Source: Reclinomonas americana ATCC 50394 (Eukaryota). Taken from it: a stretch of DNA of 40,539 nt. The stretch lies in assembly GCA_048213135.1 (NCBI GenBank), contig PS015025.1:89170-129708 (forward strand), written 5' to 3'. The position numbers were made by a program, and so were the translations under genes. Numbering within the stretch: position 1 is the first letter of the stretch; each line of letters starts with the position of its first letter. The notes under the pieces were generated by a model that was not told where the DNA came from, made no database searches, and saw only the letters and a list, made by a program, of their open reading frames with translations. This document shows, piece by piece, positions 23,888 to 35,436 of this stretch.

Positions 23888-26800
23888 ATGTCGAGCGAAG
23901 GCGCCTCCGCCTCAGCTGCGCCTGCTGGCGATGCTGCTGCTGCTTCACAACCTCAAGAAGCGCCTGTGCGCAACACAGCGCGTTTGGACCTGCTGCGTAG
24001 CATCGAGCGAGAGATGCAACAGCACTGGCGCGAAGAGCATGTGTATGAAGTGGATGCGCCTGCCGAAGGAGTTGCGTGCTTGTGGCCTGTCATATACAGA
24101 GATTATCCGGTGAAGAGCAACAAGTGTGGGGGGAGCCTTGTGTGAGTTGTCAGTCGGGCATCACCACCCACCTGTACCTCAAACACGTACTTCTATTTTG
24201 AGTCTGCGTTCGTCGTACCTGCTGCTCTGCACTCGAACAACACTCTCTCCTGCTCACACCACGGCACAGAGAAGAGAGAAAGGAGTGGGCGAGAGCGTCA
24301 TTTCCTCGCACATGCGCAACCTCACTCACTCACTCACTCACGTGCGTCTGTGCAGGAGGCTGCGCAAGATAAGTTCTTTGTGACCTTCCCGTTCCCGTAC
24401 GTCAACGGTCGTCTGCATCGTTGCGTCTCGTTGTTGTCGGAAGAAGTGAGCGAGTGTGCCGGATTTGACGAGCAGTCGTGTGCGCAGTTGGCCACGCCTT
24501 CTCCGCCATGAAGAGCGAGGTGGCGGTGCGTTTCCAGCGTCTCATGGGCAAGCGCGCTCTGTGGCCGTTCGGCTTCCACTGCACCGGCATGCCGATTGCT
24601 GTTGCGTAGCAATTGACTGTGTTGCCATGTTCGGTTGACCTGATCTCGTCGTCGTTGCGCAGGCGTCGGCCGTGCGTGTCAAGCAAGAGCTGGAGGCCGA
24701 GGCGGCGGCCAAGGCGGCGGNNNNNNNNNNNNNNNNNNNNNNNNNNNNNNNNNNNNNNNNNNNNNNNNNNNNNNNNNNNNNNNNNNNNNNNNNNNNNNNN
24801 NNNNNNNNNNNNNNNNNNNNNNNNNNNNNNNNNNNNNNNNNNNNNNNNNNNNNNNNNNNNNNNNNNNNNNNNNNNNNNNNNNNNNNNNNNNNNNNNNNNN
24901 NNNNNNNNNNNNNNNNNNNNNNNNNNNNNNNNNNNNNNNNNNNNNNNNNNNNNNNNNNNNNNNNNNNNNNNNNNNNNNNNNNNNNNNNNNNNNNNNNNNN
25001 NNNNNNNNNNNNNNNNNNNNNNNNNNNNNNNNNNNNNNNNNNNNNNNNNNNNNNNNNNNNNNNNNNNNNNNNNNNNNNNNNNNNNNNNNNNNNNNNNNNN
25101 NNNNNNNNNNNNNNNNNNNNNNNNNNNNNNNNNNNNNNNNNNNNNNNNNNNNNNNNNNNNNNNNNNNNNNNNNNNNNNNNNNNNNNNNNNNNNNNNNNNN
25201 NNNNNNNNNNNNNNNNNNNNNNNNNNNNNNNNNNNNNNNNNNNNNNNNNNNNNNNNNNNNNNNNNNNNNNNNNNNNNNNNNNNNNNNNNNNNNNNNNNNN
25301 NNNNNNNNNNNNNNNNNNNNNNNNNNNNNNNNNNNNNNNNNNNNNNNNNNNNNNNNNNNNNNNNNNNNNNNNNNNNNNNNNNNNNNNNNNNNNNNNNNNN
25401 NNNNNNNNNNNNNNNNNNNNNNNNNNNNNNNNNNNNNNNNNNNNNNNNNNNNNNNNNNNNNNNNNNNNNCGGCAAGAAGGGTGGCAAGAAGGGCGACAAG
25501 GCCGAGGCTCCCGCTGCTGCCGCTGCCTCTGCGGCTTCTGGCTCGTCGTCTACCGACCCGGAGGCTGCGCTCGGCAACTTCCGTGGCAAGAAGACCAAGC
25601 TGGTGTCCAAGGGCGGCAACATGCGTCAGATCGACATTCTGCGTGAAATGGGTGTGCCGGCCGAGGAGATCCCCAAGTTTGCCGATCCCTACCACTGGCT
25701 GCATTACTTCCCTCCGTTTGCCATGGTGCGCCGTGCTCGTGCATCGTCACTGTACTGCTGCTGCTGTTGTTCATTGTGGCGGTCTTTCGCAGGAGGATTT
25801 GCAAGACTTTGGCCTGCATGTCGACTGGCGCCGCTCGTTCATCACCACCGACGTGAATCCCTACTACGACTCGTTCATTCGCTGGCAGTTCCAGCACCTG
25901 CGCCGTCTCGACAAGATTCGCTTCGGCAAGCGCTACACGATCTACTCGCCGGCTGACGGTCAGCCGTGCCAGGATCACGATCGCCAGGCGGGATGCGAAG
26001 GTGTGCTGCCGCAGCAGTACACGCTCATCAAGATGCGTGTGCTGGAGCCGTATCCAGATGCGCTGTCGTCGTTGGCCGACTCTGGCCGCCCAGTGTTCTT
26101 GGCGGCTGCCACTCTGCGCCCGGAGACCATGTACGGTCAGACCAACTGCTGGGTGTTGCCGGAGGGCGAGTACGGCGCGTATGCCATGCGCTCCGGTGAC
26201 ATTTTCGTGATGACGGAGCGTGCTGCACGCAGTTTCGTGACTCTTGTTACAGTGTGCTCTCGCGCGCGTGTGTGTGTGTGATCAGTCTCTCACGACCGAT
26301 GCAGATGCCTCGTTCCAGGAGATGTTGGAGGGCGTTGTCGGCGAGTTCAAGCCGCTGGCCTCGTTCACCGGTCAGGATCTGATTGGCGCGTGGTTGAAGG
26401 CACCGCTGACGCCGCTGGAGCGTGTGCCAGTGTTGCCCATGCTCTCAGTGTCGACCGAGAAGGTGTGTACGCGTGTCTCTTCTTTTTCCTGACCAGGCGT
26501 TGTCGCTGACTCATCAACAGGGCACTGGTGTCGTCACCTGCGTACCGAGTGACTCACCTGACGACTACGCCAACCTGATGGACCTGAAGACCGACGCTGC
26601 TCTGCGCGAAAAGTACCACGTCGAGGAGAGCTGGGTGGCCGATCTGGAGCCGATCCCGATCATCACCATCCCAGGCTTTGGCCGCCTTCCCGCTGCCGAG
26701 GCCTGCTGGCGCCACAAGGTGATTTCGGGCAAGTCCAAGGAGGGTCTGGCCGCGGCCAAGGCCGAGGTCTACAACGCTGGTTTCTACAAGGGCGTGATGT

Positions 26801-29258
26801 CGGTGGGCGAGCACGCCGGAACGTGAGTACGACTAATCTTGCTGTGGAAGTGTGTGTGAGACTGACGTCGTGTATGCGTGTGGGTTGATGCAGGACCGTC
26901 ATGGCTGCCAAGGAGCGCATCAAGAGCGACTTGGTGGCCTCTGGCGACGCTGCGCTCTACTCGGAACCCGAGCGTGAGGTCACGTCTCGCTCTGGCGACG
27001 ACTGTGTGGTGGCGCTGTGCGATCAGTGGTACCTGACCTACGGCGAGGAGGACTGGAAGCAGGCAGCTGCCGCGTTGCGTCGCACCGTGCATGCAGGGGG
27101 CGGGTATTGTTGCCTGCGTTGGTTTCTGACTGTTGGTCCGTGTAGTGTGGTCTCGAAGCTGGAGACGTACCAGGCGATGACCAAGGAGCAGCTGGAGATC
27201 ACGGTGAACTGGCTGAAGGAGTGGGCGTGCTCGCGCACGTTTGGTCTCGGCACGGCCCTGCCGTGGGACGAGTCGTACTTGATCGACTCGCTGTCGGACT
27301 CGACCATTTACATGGCGTTCTACACGGTGTGCCACTTGCTCCAGGGCAACTCGTTGGACGGATCGGAGGTCGGCCCAGCTGGCGTGCGGCCAGAGCAGCT
27401 GTCACCCGAGGTGAGTGGGGAGGAGAGGTTGAGAAAAGTGCACCATCACGATGCAGTCTGTGCTTACGTTGGCATGTCCAACAGGTGTGGGACTACGTCT
27501 TCCTGGAGGGCCCGTACCCACCACAATCTGGCATTCCGGAGGAGTCGCTGGCCAAGCTGCGTCGCGAGTTCAAGTACTGGTACCCGGTCGACTTGCGCGT
27601 CAGCGGACGTGACCTGATCAACAATCACTTGATTATGTTCATCTACAATCACGTCGCCATCTTCCCGGAGGTGCGAGCACCATGTCAACCGCCGTGTATT
27701 TTATGTCCTTTTACTTATATTGTTTCTTTGGTGTCGTGCAGTGGGCGCACCCGCGTGGTATTTTCTGCAACGGTTTCATCCTGGTCGACGGCAAGAAGAT
27801 GTCGAAGAGCGAGGGCAATTTCATCACTGTCCAGAGTTTCGTGCGCCATGCGATTTTTTTCATTGCCTCGTCTTTCGCTGACTCTTTTTCTTCTTGCAGA
27901 CGCCGTGCGACAGTACGGTGCCGATGCTGCTCGCTTTGCGCTGGCGGATTCGGGCGATGGCCTCGATTTCGCCAACTTCCTGCCCGACTACGCCGATCGT
28001 ATCATTCTGACCCTCACCACCGAGCTGGCGTTTTTGGAGAATACCATGAAGGACCTGAGCCAGTGCCGTACGGATGGCCAGTTGTCGTTCTTTGACCGTG
28101 TGTTCCGCGCCGAGATTGCTCACGCCGCCGCGGCCACTCGCGGTTACTTCTCCAAGTTGCGTGTGTTGTGGGAGCGCGTGTTTCGACTCATCGACGCGTC
28201 GCTAATGGTGACACAGGATGGTTTTCCACGACGCCCTGCGCACCGGCTTCTACGACCTGACGAGTGCCATGAAGCGATATCTGCTCGTGTACAGTTGCGC
28301 CTCCGATGCTCTCGCAAAGTCAACGCCTGCACAACACGACTTCTATTGCTTATCACGTGCACACAGACCGCGACCTCAGCCGCATGCACCGCGACACCAT
28401 TTTGCAGTACATGGAGGTGCACGCCATCCTCATTGCACCGGTGTGCCCTCACTACGCCGACTATGTGTGGCGCAAGATTCTGGGCAAGGTATGTTGTCTC
28501 CCTGCCATGTGTGTCGCTCGAGAGAGTGTCTGACTCGTGAGCAGAGCGGCAGCGTTGTCAACGCACGGTGGCCGGAGCTGCCAGAGACCCCGGTGTTGAT
28601 GGTGCAGGCAACATTCCTCGACAAGGTGCTGCACGACTGCCGTGTGAATATCAAGGACGTGCTCACTCGCGGCGGTGGCAAGAAGGCCAAGGTGCGTCAG
28701 TGCGCGCGCGCACACACGCTCTCTGCTCTGGCGTCGCCACATATTCTCACTGTGTGGTGCACAGGTGGCGGCTGACGTGCCAGCTCCCGACTGTGGTTAC
28801 ATTTTTGTGGCCGACACGTTCTCCGAGTGGCAGCAAATCACTCTGGAGGTGCTGAAGCGCGAGTATCATGCCAACGGCAACAGCATTCCGCGCACCATTC
28901 GCTCGACGCTGGTCAATGTGCCGGCGTTGAGACCGCTGATGCAAAAGGTCATGTTCTTTGTGGATCTGGTGGCGGTGAGTACTACGTGTGAAAGAGGGAG
29001 AGGGGGGGGGGCACAAGTGTTGGTTGCTCATGTGTGTGTGTACAGGCCGCCATTCCGGAGCGCGGCGAGGAAGCTTTCGAGAACCGCGCAGTCTTCTCCG
29101 AGCGTGAGGTGCTGGAGGACAACCGTGCATTCATCTGCCAGAGCCTGGGCATTGCGGACTTTACGGTGTTCTCCGCCGACGACGCCTCGGCGCCGGAGCC
29201 GGACAAGCGCGCCAACGCCATGCCCGGCAAGCCGACCTCGCACTTTTTTCGTCGCTGA
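23888..29258 (+). CDS. LARS1: Cytosolic leucyl-tRNA synthetase
   Basis: [12 protein letters not shown] (HIGH motif), [49 protein letters not shown] (editing domain), [16 protein letters not shown] and [10 protein letters not shown]. About 16 introns; spans the 24721-25469 gap. Confidence 0.97.
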
Positions 29259-29516
29259 GCGGTCGCTGACGGCACCGCAGCATCCTAGCGAGGCCGTCGT
29301 GCAAGTGATGGAACCTGTGACAGAGCGTGGTGTAGAAGTGGTGGCCGCTGGGGAGGCGGCATCGGGAGTGGCGGCTGTGCCGTGGTGGGCCATTTTGTTT
29401 GCTGTGGTGATGGGAGGCACGGCGGTGGTTTCGCGTGTGTTGGATGAATGAATTGCATGCAGTGTAGTGATGTGGAGACTCTATACTACGACGACGACGA
29501 AGGTGCTGCTGTGCGG

Positions 29517-30178
29517 TCAACAAACGAGGGAGCCTGCAGAGGAGCGACCATGAGTGGCGATGACAAGTGAATGCAGAGGCGGCCGCACGCACCTGCTGCA
29601 ATGCCACCGAGTGCGGTTATCAGTGCGAGTTTCTTGCTCACCGGATCCTCGGCAAACAGCATCATCCCGTGCGACGTGTCACCGGCCATCTTGCGCGGCT
29701 GCAGATTGGCGACGACCACACCCTGTGCGTGATCACAGACATCGGCATTAGCGATTGTCATCCACACACACACAAGAGAGAGAAACCCCGATGCACCTGC
29801 TTTCCGACGAGATCCTGCGGTGCAAAGTGCTGCTGCACACCGGCGAGAATCGTGCGAGGAGCCGCCTCGCCCACATCCACTTGCATGCGCAGGAGTTTTT
29901 TGGATTTCGGCATGATCTCGCACGACACAATGGTGCCCACCAGCAGCTGCAGCTTGGTCACGTCGGCGAACTCGACGGGAGAGAACACGGGTGCAGCGGG
30001 AGAGGGAGGGGGAGAGGGCGAAGGAGACGGCTCTCTGTGTTGTCTTTCATCAGCCACTGTGCAGGATGGTGCAGAGGCAAGTCCAACGCAACGAAGTGAA
30101 CGCTCGAACGAGGTGGCGCAGAGGGAGGAGCTGCGATGGTTGACGAGAGAGGCACTGCAGGCGCGGCAGGAAGAACAT
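29517..30178 (-). CDS. Standalone tRNA-binding OB-fold protein (Trbp111/CsaA/MetRS-C-terminal type) with a putative mitochondrial presequence
   Basis: Presequence-like MFFLPRLQCLSRQPSQLLPLRHLVRAFTS, then EFADVTKLQLLVGTI..KSKKLLRMQVDVGE..RTILAG..VVANLQPRKMAG.TSHGMML..GSLVC*. Three introns. Confidence 0.85.
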
Positions 30179-30320
30179 GTTGATCGATTGTGTAAGGTGT
30201 CTGTTGGTCCACCGACCGCATCGTGCAAACAGATATGGCTTTTGTTTATTTCACACGCAGACAACTCACACACTCCACCACCGAGCGCAGTATACTCGGA
30301 CCAACCACCAGCTGCGATAA

Positions 30321-33300
30321 TCAGTGCGCGAATGCACGATCTTCAAACGAGATCAGCATGTTGACCTTGCGCACGTACGGGATCAGCGATGCGTTGCCGA
30401 GGATCTTCAACAGCTTGTCTTCGGTGACGTACTCCTCGCCCTCTTGACCCTCGATCTGTGTTGGTTGTTCAACGCGACACCGCAGTGAGTGGTTGGTTCA
30501 CCATTCGCTTCTTCTTGTGCACAAACCTTTCTGAGGTACTCGTAGAGGGCCAGGAAACGCGCCGGTCCAAGCAGGTCCTCGCACTCCTTTTGCAATCGCA
30601 CCACTCGCTCGGTGATGTCGCCGACCGGTGCACGAGCTGCAGCACGTGACAGTCAACATCAAGTCTTCCTTTTCTCATGCGTGCGCCAATCACACCAACC
30701 ATCGGGAGAGAACACGTGTGGCATGGGCCTTGGTCGTGACAGAGTGTCCTCCATCTCGTGTGCCACCTCGTCCCAGTCCTCGTCGGCATCGTCTCCATTC
30801 GCATCGCCCTGCAGAGCGACAAGGTGAGCCCACTGCAATACACAGCAAACAAGACCCTTGAGTGGTCAAGAACCTTATCAAACTCCGTGAGTCGGAATGG
30901 GGCGTTGCGAGTCGGCGGATCGAGCAGCACGTCAGCACCACTCGGCTGACGCTGCAGGCCCAGGCGAGCCTCCACACCTGTTCATCGACTCATCAGCATC
31001 AGCGTGCAAGAGAGAACCAACATCCACGCTTCGTTCACACATACCCGACAAGTGCGCCTCGATCTCGGCCAGTCGCGCACGCTGCTCATACTCGTCCTCC
31101 TCGTCATCGTAGTCGTCCTCATCGTCGTCGTCCTCCTCTGCCTCACTCGAATACTCGTCGTCGTCAGCACCTGACGAGTAGTACTCGACCGGCATGCTCA
31201 TCGCCGACGCAGCGCCGGCAGCACCAGCGGCTGCTGATGCGGAGCCGCTTGGTCTTTCCAGAGCCGACGAGTTCGGCGGGGGTGGAGCGCTTGGTCGCTC
31301 GAGTCGGTGTGGGTTACCTGAGACTGCGACATAATTGCCGGCTCGGTCACCGCCCGCCTCCATGGGGACCGGCCGAGAGAACTGCAGCAAACAACAAGTG
31401 TCGGCCAAAAGAGAAAAATATACTGTGCGTGGGAGAAGGCAGTACAGACCTGGGCAGGAAAGGGCCGCTTTCCAGCACCATTTCCGCGATCGACTACGCC
31501 CCCAGCTCCGCCGGCAGATGGGCGGCGGCCCACCTGCTCTTGCTGATAACCCTCGTCACTGTCCGAAGAACCGTCATCATCTCGTCCGCCCGCATGCGCA
31601 TTCGCCGACTTGCCCGCGCCCACCTGTGGTGCACAAGAGATGAGTGGCGTGGGAAGGCGGGAGATGGATATGAGCTTGCGTTCGCACCTCCAGCTTCCAA
31701 TTCTTGAGGTGTTCGCGTTGCTGGCGAACTTCCGCATTGGCCGACGACATGACGCGCTGTTCGCGTGCGAGACGCATCTCTGCAATGTTGTCGATCAGTG
31801 CCTGCACGAACGCACGCACACGAGATGGACAAAGCAGCACAGAACCTTCATCAGTGGATGCCTCGCGCTCCAGGAACTTCATGTGGTCCGGCAACACAAT
31901 CTCCACGCCAATGTCCTGGTGCGCGTTGCCTGCAGCCAGACACAAACAATCGTCAGTCTACCTTGCACGCAATCGTCTTCTCACTTGTTCACCGAGGAAC
32001 GAACCAGTCTCAGCTCGTTTCTTGCGGATTGCATCACGCAGCGAGCTCGACTCTCTGCACGCGACATGAGTATTCAGAATGCGTTAAACAACACGGCAGT
32101 CGTGATGCCGACGACAGACCTTCGGAAATGTTCGTGCGGCACACGCTTCTCGGTCAGCTGACCACGCGCCTTGCCTTGTGGTTCTCCTGCAGCGGCCGAC
32201 GGCGCCGCTTGCTTCTTGCCAGACGGACCACCCGCCATGCCAGCTCGCGCCGCTGCCACAGCAGCCGCAGCCGCGGCATTGGCCTGCCGACACAAATCAC
32301 CGCGTCAACATACGCACAAAACAAAAGAGCACTGTCAACCATGAGCGTGCATACCTGCGACGAAGGACCGCGCTCGCCCACCGAGTTGGATCGCGGTCTT
32401 GACTCGGTCGACACACTCGACGACCGCTTCCGCGCCACTCCATCATCGATGAGCACAGCCTCGCTTCTGCTGTGCTGCAGGTGTGATTCGTCGGCGCTGT
32501 TGGATTCGTGACTGCATCCGCGATGATGAAGTGAGCATCATGGAAAGTGATGGAGGACCAAAGCGAGAGCACATACCTTCTTGCACTGCCCAGAACATCG
32601 CCCTCGGAAGCTACCCGCTGCACCAGTTTTTGGTTGCCCACAAAAATCTCCACCTCCATTTCCTCTGCGCAGTCGAAATGAACACGGTCATTCCATCTCT
32701 CTCGTTCTTGACGTACACACTATGCTGTGCGGCTTACCATTCTTTCGCGCGTCGCCACGAGCGGCGCGGAACTGACTCTTCATCTCACGCAGCTTGGCCT
32801 GGTGCTGCCGAATCGCCTCCCTGTTGCGCGTGCGAGTCAGCATGGATGGATACACGTGGGCGTGTGTGTCAATGCCGGCGAGCGCAACTTCTTTTCTCGC
32901 TCAGCGGCCTCCCTCTCAGCACGCTGTGCCATCTCCAATTCCCGCCTCTCACGTTCCCGTTCGCGTTCGCGGTCGGCCTTTTGCTTGGCCGCCGCAGCCG
33001 CCGCAGCAGCTGCTGCTGCTGCCGCTGCCGACGCAGGAGGCGCAGCACCGGAGGGAGGTGCACCAGCGGGCGGACCGCTGGGTACCATCACTCCACCAGC
33101 ACCAGCCGCAGCAGCTGCCGCCTGACCTGGCGACGGCGCATTCAGCACGTGTGCCCTGGCCTGCCGCGCACGCTCCTTTTCCGCACGCCTGCGTCGCAGC
33201 ATACACGTAAGTGACATTCTCGGTGCAGATGCAAGCGCGACACAACGAGGTGACGTACACAGCCTCGGCGCGCTCCTGCACTTTTTGACGTTCACGATCC

Positions 33301-34006
33301 ATGCGCTCCTTGCGCTTTTCTCGCTCCCGCACAATCGCGTCGTGCTTCTGCTTCAGCTCGTCATTCTGGCCCACGCGTGCCAGCAGTTCCTGCTCCTTGG
33401 CCTGCCTCTCCTCCGCCGTCAGCCGCTTGCTTCGCGGCTTGGGGCGTCTGTGATGACCGTGCCCGTGACCGTGTCCGTGACTGTGGCTGCCGGAGCCGGT
33501 GCCTGAGTCATCCCCTGATTCATCATACGGCGATGCCGCGGCGGCCATTTGTTGTTGTTGCTGCTGTTGTAGTTGCATTTGTTGCTGTTGATACATCATC
33601 TGCTGCTGATGGTGTGCCTCGCCACCACGCGCACGATGCGCTTCTCGTGGTGCTCCTTGACCACCGCCACCACCACCAATCTGCGGCCGTGGATCCTCCG
33701 GGTGCAAAATGTTGCTGCGCGCGGAGAGGGAACACAGGGAAGGGAGAGGCTGGAGTCAGCAACGAAGCCCGTGATCGATAGCAAACAAAATAATGTTGAC
33801 GCAACTAAATGTCAATCATCTCCGCCTGCTTCTGCATGAACCAATCGTCGCCCATGACTGGCGGCGAGCGAGATGACGGTTGTGCTGGACCCACTGCAGC
33901 GCCGAGAGCCGGCGCCGAGATGCGTCGTGGAGCACCCTGGTTGGCTGCAGCTGCTTGCGATGGTGGTTGTGGTTGTGGCGCTGCTGGTGGTTGTGGTTGT
34001 GGTGGT
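30321..34006 (-). CDS. C-terminal, non-catalytic part of a NIMA-related (NEK1-like) kinase
   Basis: Multi-exon coiled-coil and low-complexity protein ending in RLQKECEDLLGPARFLALYEYLRK...LKILG...VNMLISFED, like NEK1/NEK11 tails. It starts in an N gap; there is a probable 1-nt indel near 31861. Confidence 0.7.
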
Positions 34007-34312
34007 NNNNNNNNNNNNNNNNNNNNNNNNNNNNNNNNNNNNNNNNNNNNNNNNNNNNNNNNNNNNNNNNNNNNNNNNNNNNNNNNNNNNNNNNNNNNNN
34101 NNNNNNNNNNNNNNNNNNNNNNNNNNNNNNNNNNNNNNNNNNNNNNNNNNNNNNNNNNNNNNNNNNNNNNNNNNNNNNNNNNNNNNNNNNNNAGGAGGAG
34201 GAGGAGGAGGAGGACAAGAAGAAGTAGAAGAAGAAGGAAGAGGAGGAAGGAGCACAAGAAGAAGGAAGAGGAGGATGACCATTGATGAAGCTCCCTTCTC
34301 CAACCACGCAAC

Positions 34313-34580
34313 GTCGGAGCAGGCACTCCCGGACCACCACGCGGTGCAAGCTTCCGGAACATATACTTGGCCGATGGCCTGTGCGTCACACTCTGCTTGT
34401 AGGCCGCCACCAGACTCTGCACACAAACAAACACATCAGTCAGCACACACACACACAAAAAAAGAAAGACTCACACACAAAGAGAGACGCAACTCGCGAG
34501 AACTCATCGCTCAGCTTGTTGACGCCAGCACGTCGCTGCTGCGTCGATGAGCTGCGCTGCGACAACAACGATGTCGCCAT
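34313..34580 (-). CDS. First two coding exons of the TPR protein, on an inverted contig
   Basis: MATSLLSQ...DEFSR|SLVAAYKQ...VPAPT ends in phase 2, which matches the phase of the TPR exon starting at 35437. The flanking (CCT)n/CTT intron sequence overlaps the next contig if this piece is flipped. Confidence 0.65.
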
Positions 34581-35116
34581 TGTCAAACAAAAGAAAAGAA
34601 AACGATCGCGAGCATCACTGTCACGTATTGTCACTGTCCCGCACGCGCGCACACTCAAGAGTCACACGCGCGCGCACACACACAGGTGAGACACCACTGC
34701 CTTGTCTCTGTTCTGCCTCGCACACGCACGCACGCACGCACGCGCTCTTGTGTTGTGTTGTCTCTCTCAGTCTCTCTCTGTCTCACTGTCTCTCTCTCTC
34801 TCTCTGTGTGGCATAGTTGTGCGTGTTAGTCAGTGAGTGTGTGTGTGTGAGCGGTTTGAGTGTGCGTGTTGAGTGGAGGCTCAATTTGCGCAACGAGTCA
34901 CAGTTGCGGGTGAGGACATCGCGCTCTTCCTCACTCTGACACACTCACACAGAGAGAGAAAGAACACGCGCGTCTCAGTGTGTCAGTTGTTATGAGTGTG
35001 TGTGTGTGTTTGGCCATGATCTCGACAACAACAACAATCATTCATTTGTTTTTTTTTCTGTTTGTTATTTTCTTGTGTGTGTTTTGTGTGTGTTTGTTTG
35101 TTTACAGGAAGAAAGC

Positions 35117-35223
35117 ATGTCGTCGGTGGCGACTAGCGACCGCTCGCTCGACTATGATCGACTGCAGGAGATTGGTCGTGGCAGCTTCGGCATTGCGTAC
35201 TTGGCGCGTCGCAAGGTCGATAG
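35117..35223 (+). CDS. First exon of the NEK-type protein kinase (subdomain I), on an inverted contig
   Basis: MSSVATSDRSLDYDRLQEIGRGSFGIAYLARRKVD, containing the Gly-rich loop, followed by a gtgagg donor. No kinase exons follow on the + strand. Confidence 0.8.
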
Positions 35224-35245
35224 GTGAGGAGATGGAGGAGAGGGA

Positions 35246-35247
<2 letters not shown>

Positions 35248-35299
<52 letters not shown>

Positions 35300-35420
35300 G
35301 AGAGAGAGAGANNNNNNNNNNNNNNNNNNNNCTTCTTCTTCTTCTTCTTCTTCTTCTTGTTCTTCTTGTCCTCCTCCTCCTCCTCCTCCTCCTCCTCCTC
35401 CTACCTCCTCCTTCTCCTCC
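35248..35420. repeat. (GA)n, (CTT)n and (CCT)n microsatellites around a 20-N gap
   Basis: Seen directly in the sequence. Confidence 0.9.
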
Positions 35421-35436
35421 TCACTTTCTCTTGCAG

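Noticed and set aside
24420-24488. Reading the GTTGCG donors as non-canonical G|TT..AG-N introns
   Set aside because: Shifting the boundary turns LeuRS HLGH into HRGH and gives no conserved 3' dinucleotide; GT-AG boundaries give the conserved residues.
34313-34580. LSDEFSRSLVAAYKQSVTHRPSAKYMF as a kinase subdomain XI remnant
   Set aside because: The resemblance is weak, it follows a clear ATG with no kinase core upstream, and phase and flanking overlap link it to the TPR gene.
12112-35311. Gene scrambling or trans-splicing as the explanation for exons on opposite strands
   Set aside because: Every breakpoint coincides with an N gap, mostly next to simple repeats, and one flip shows sequence overlap. 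Misoriented contigs are far more parsimonious.
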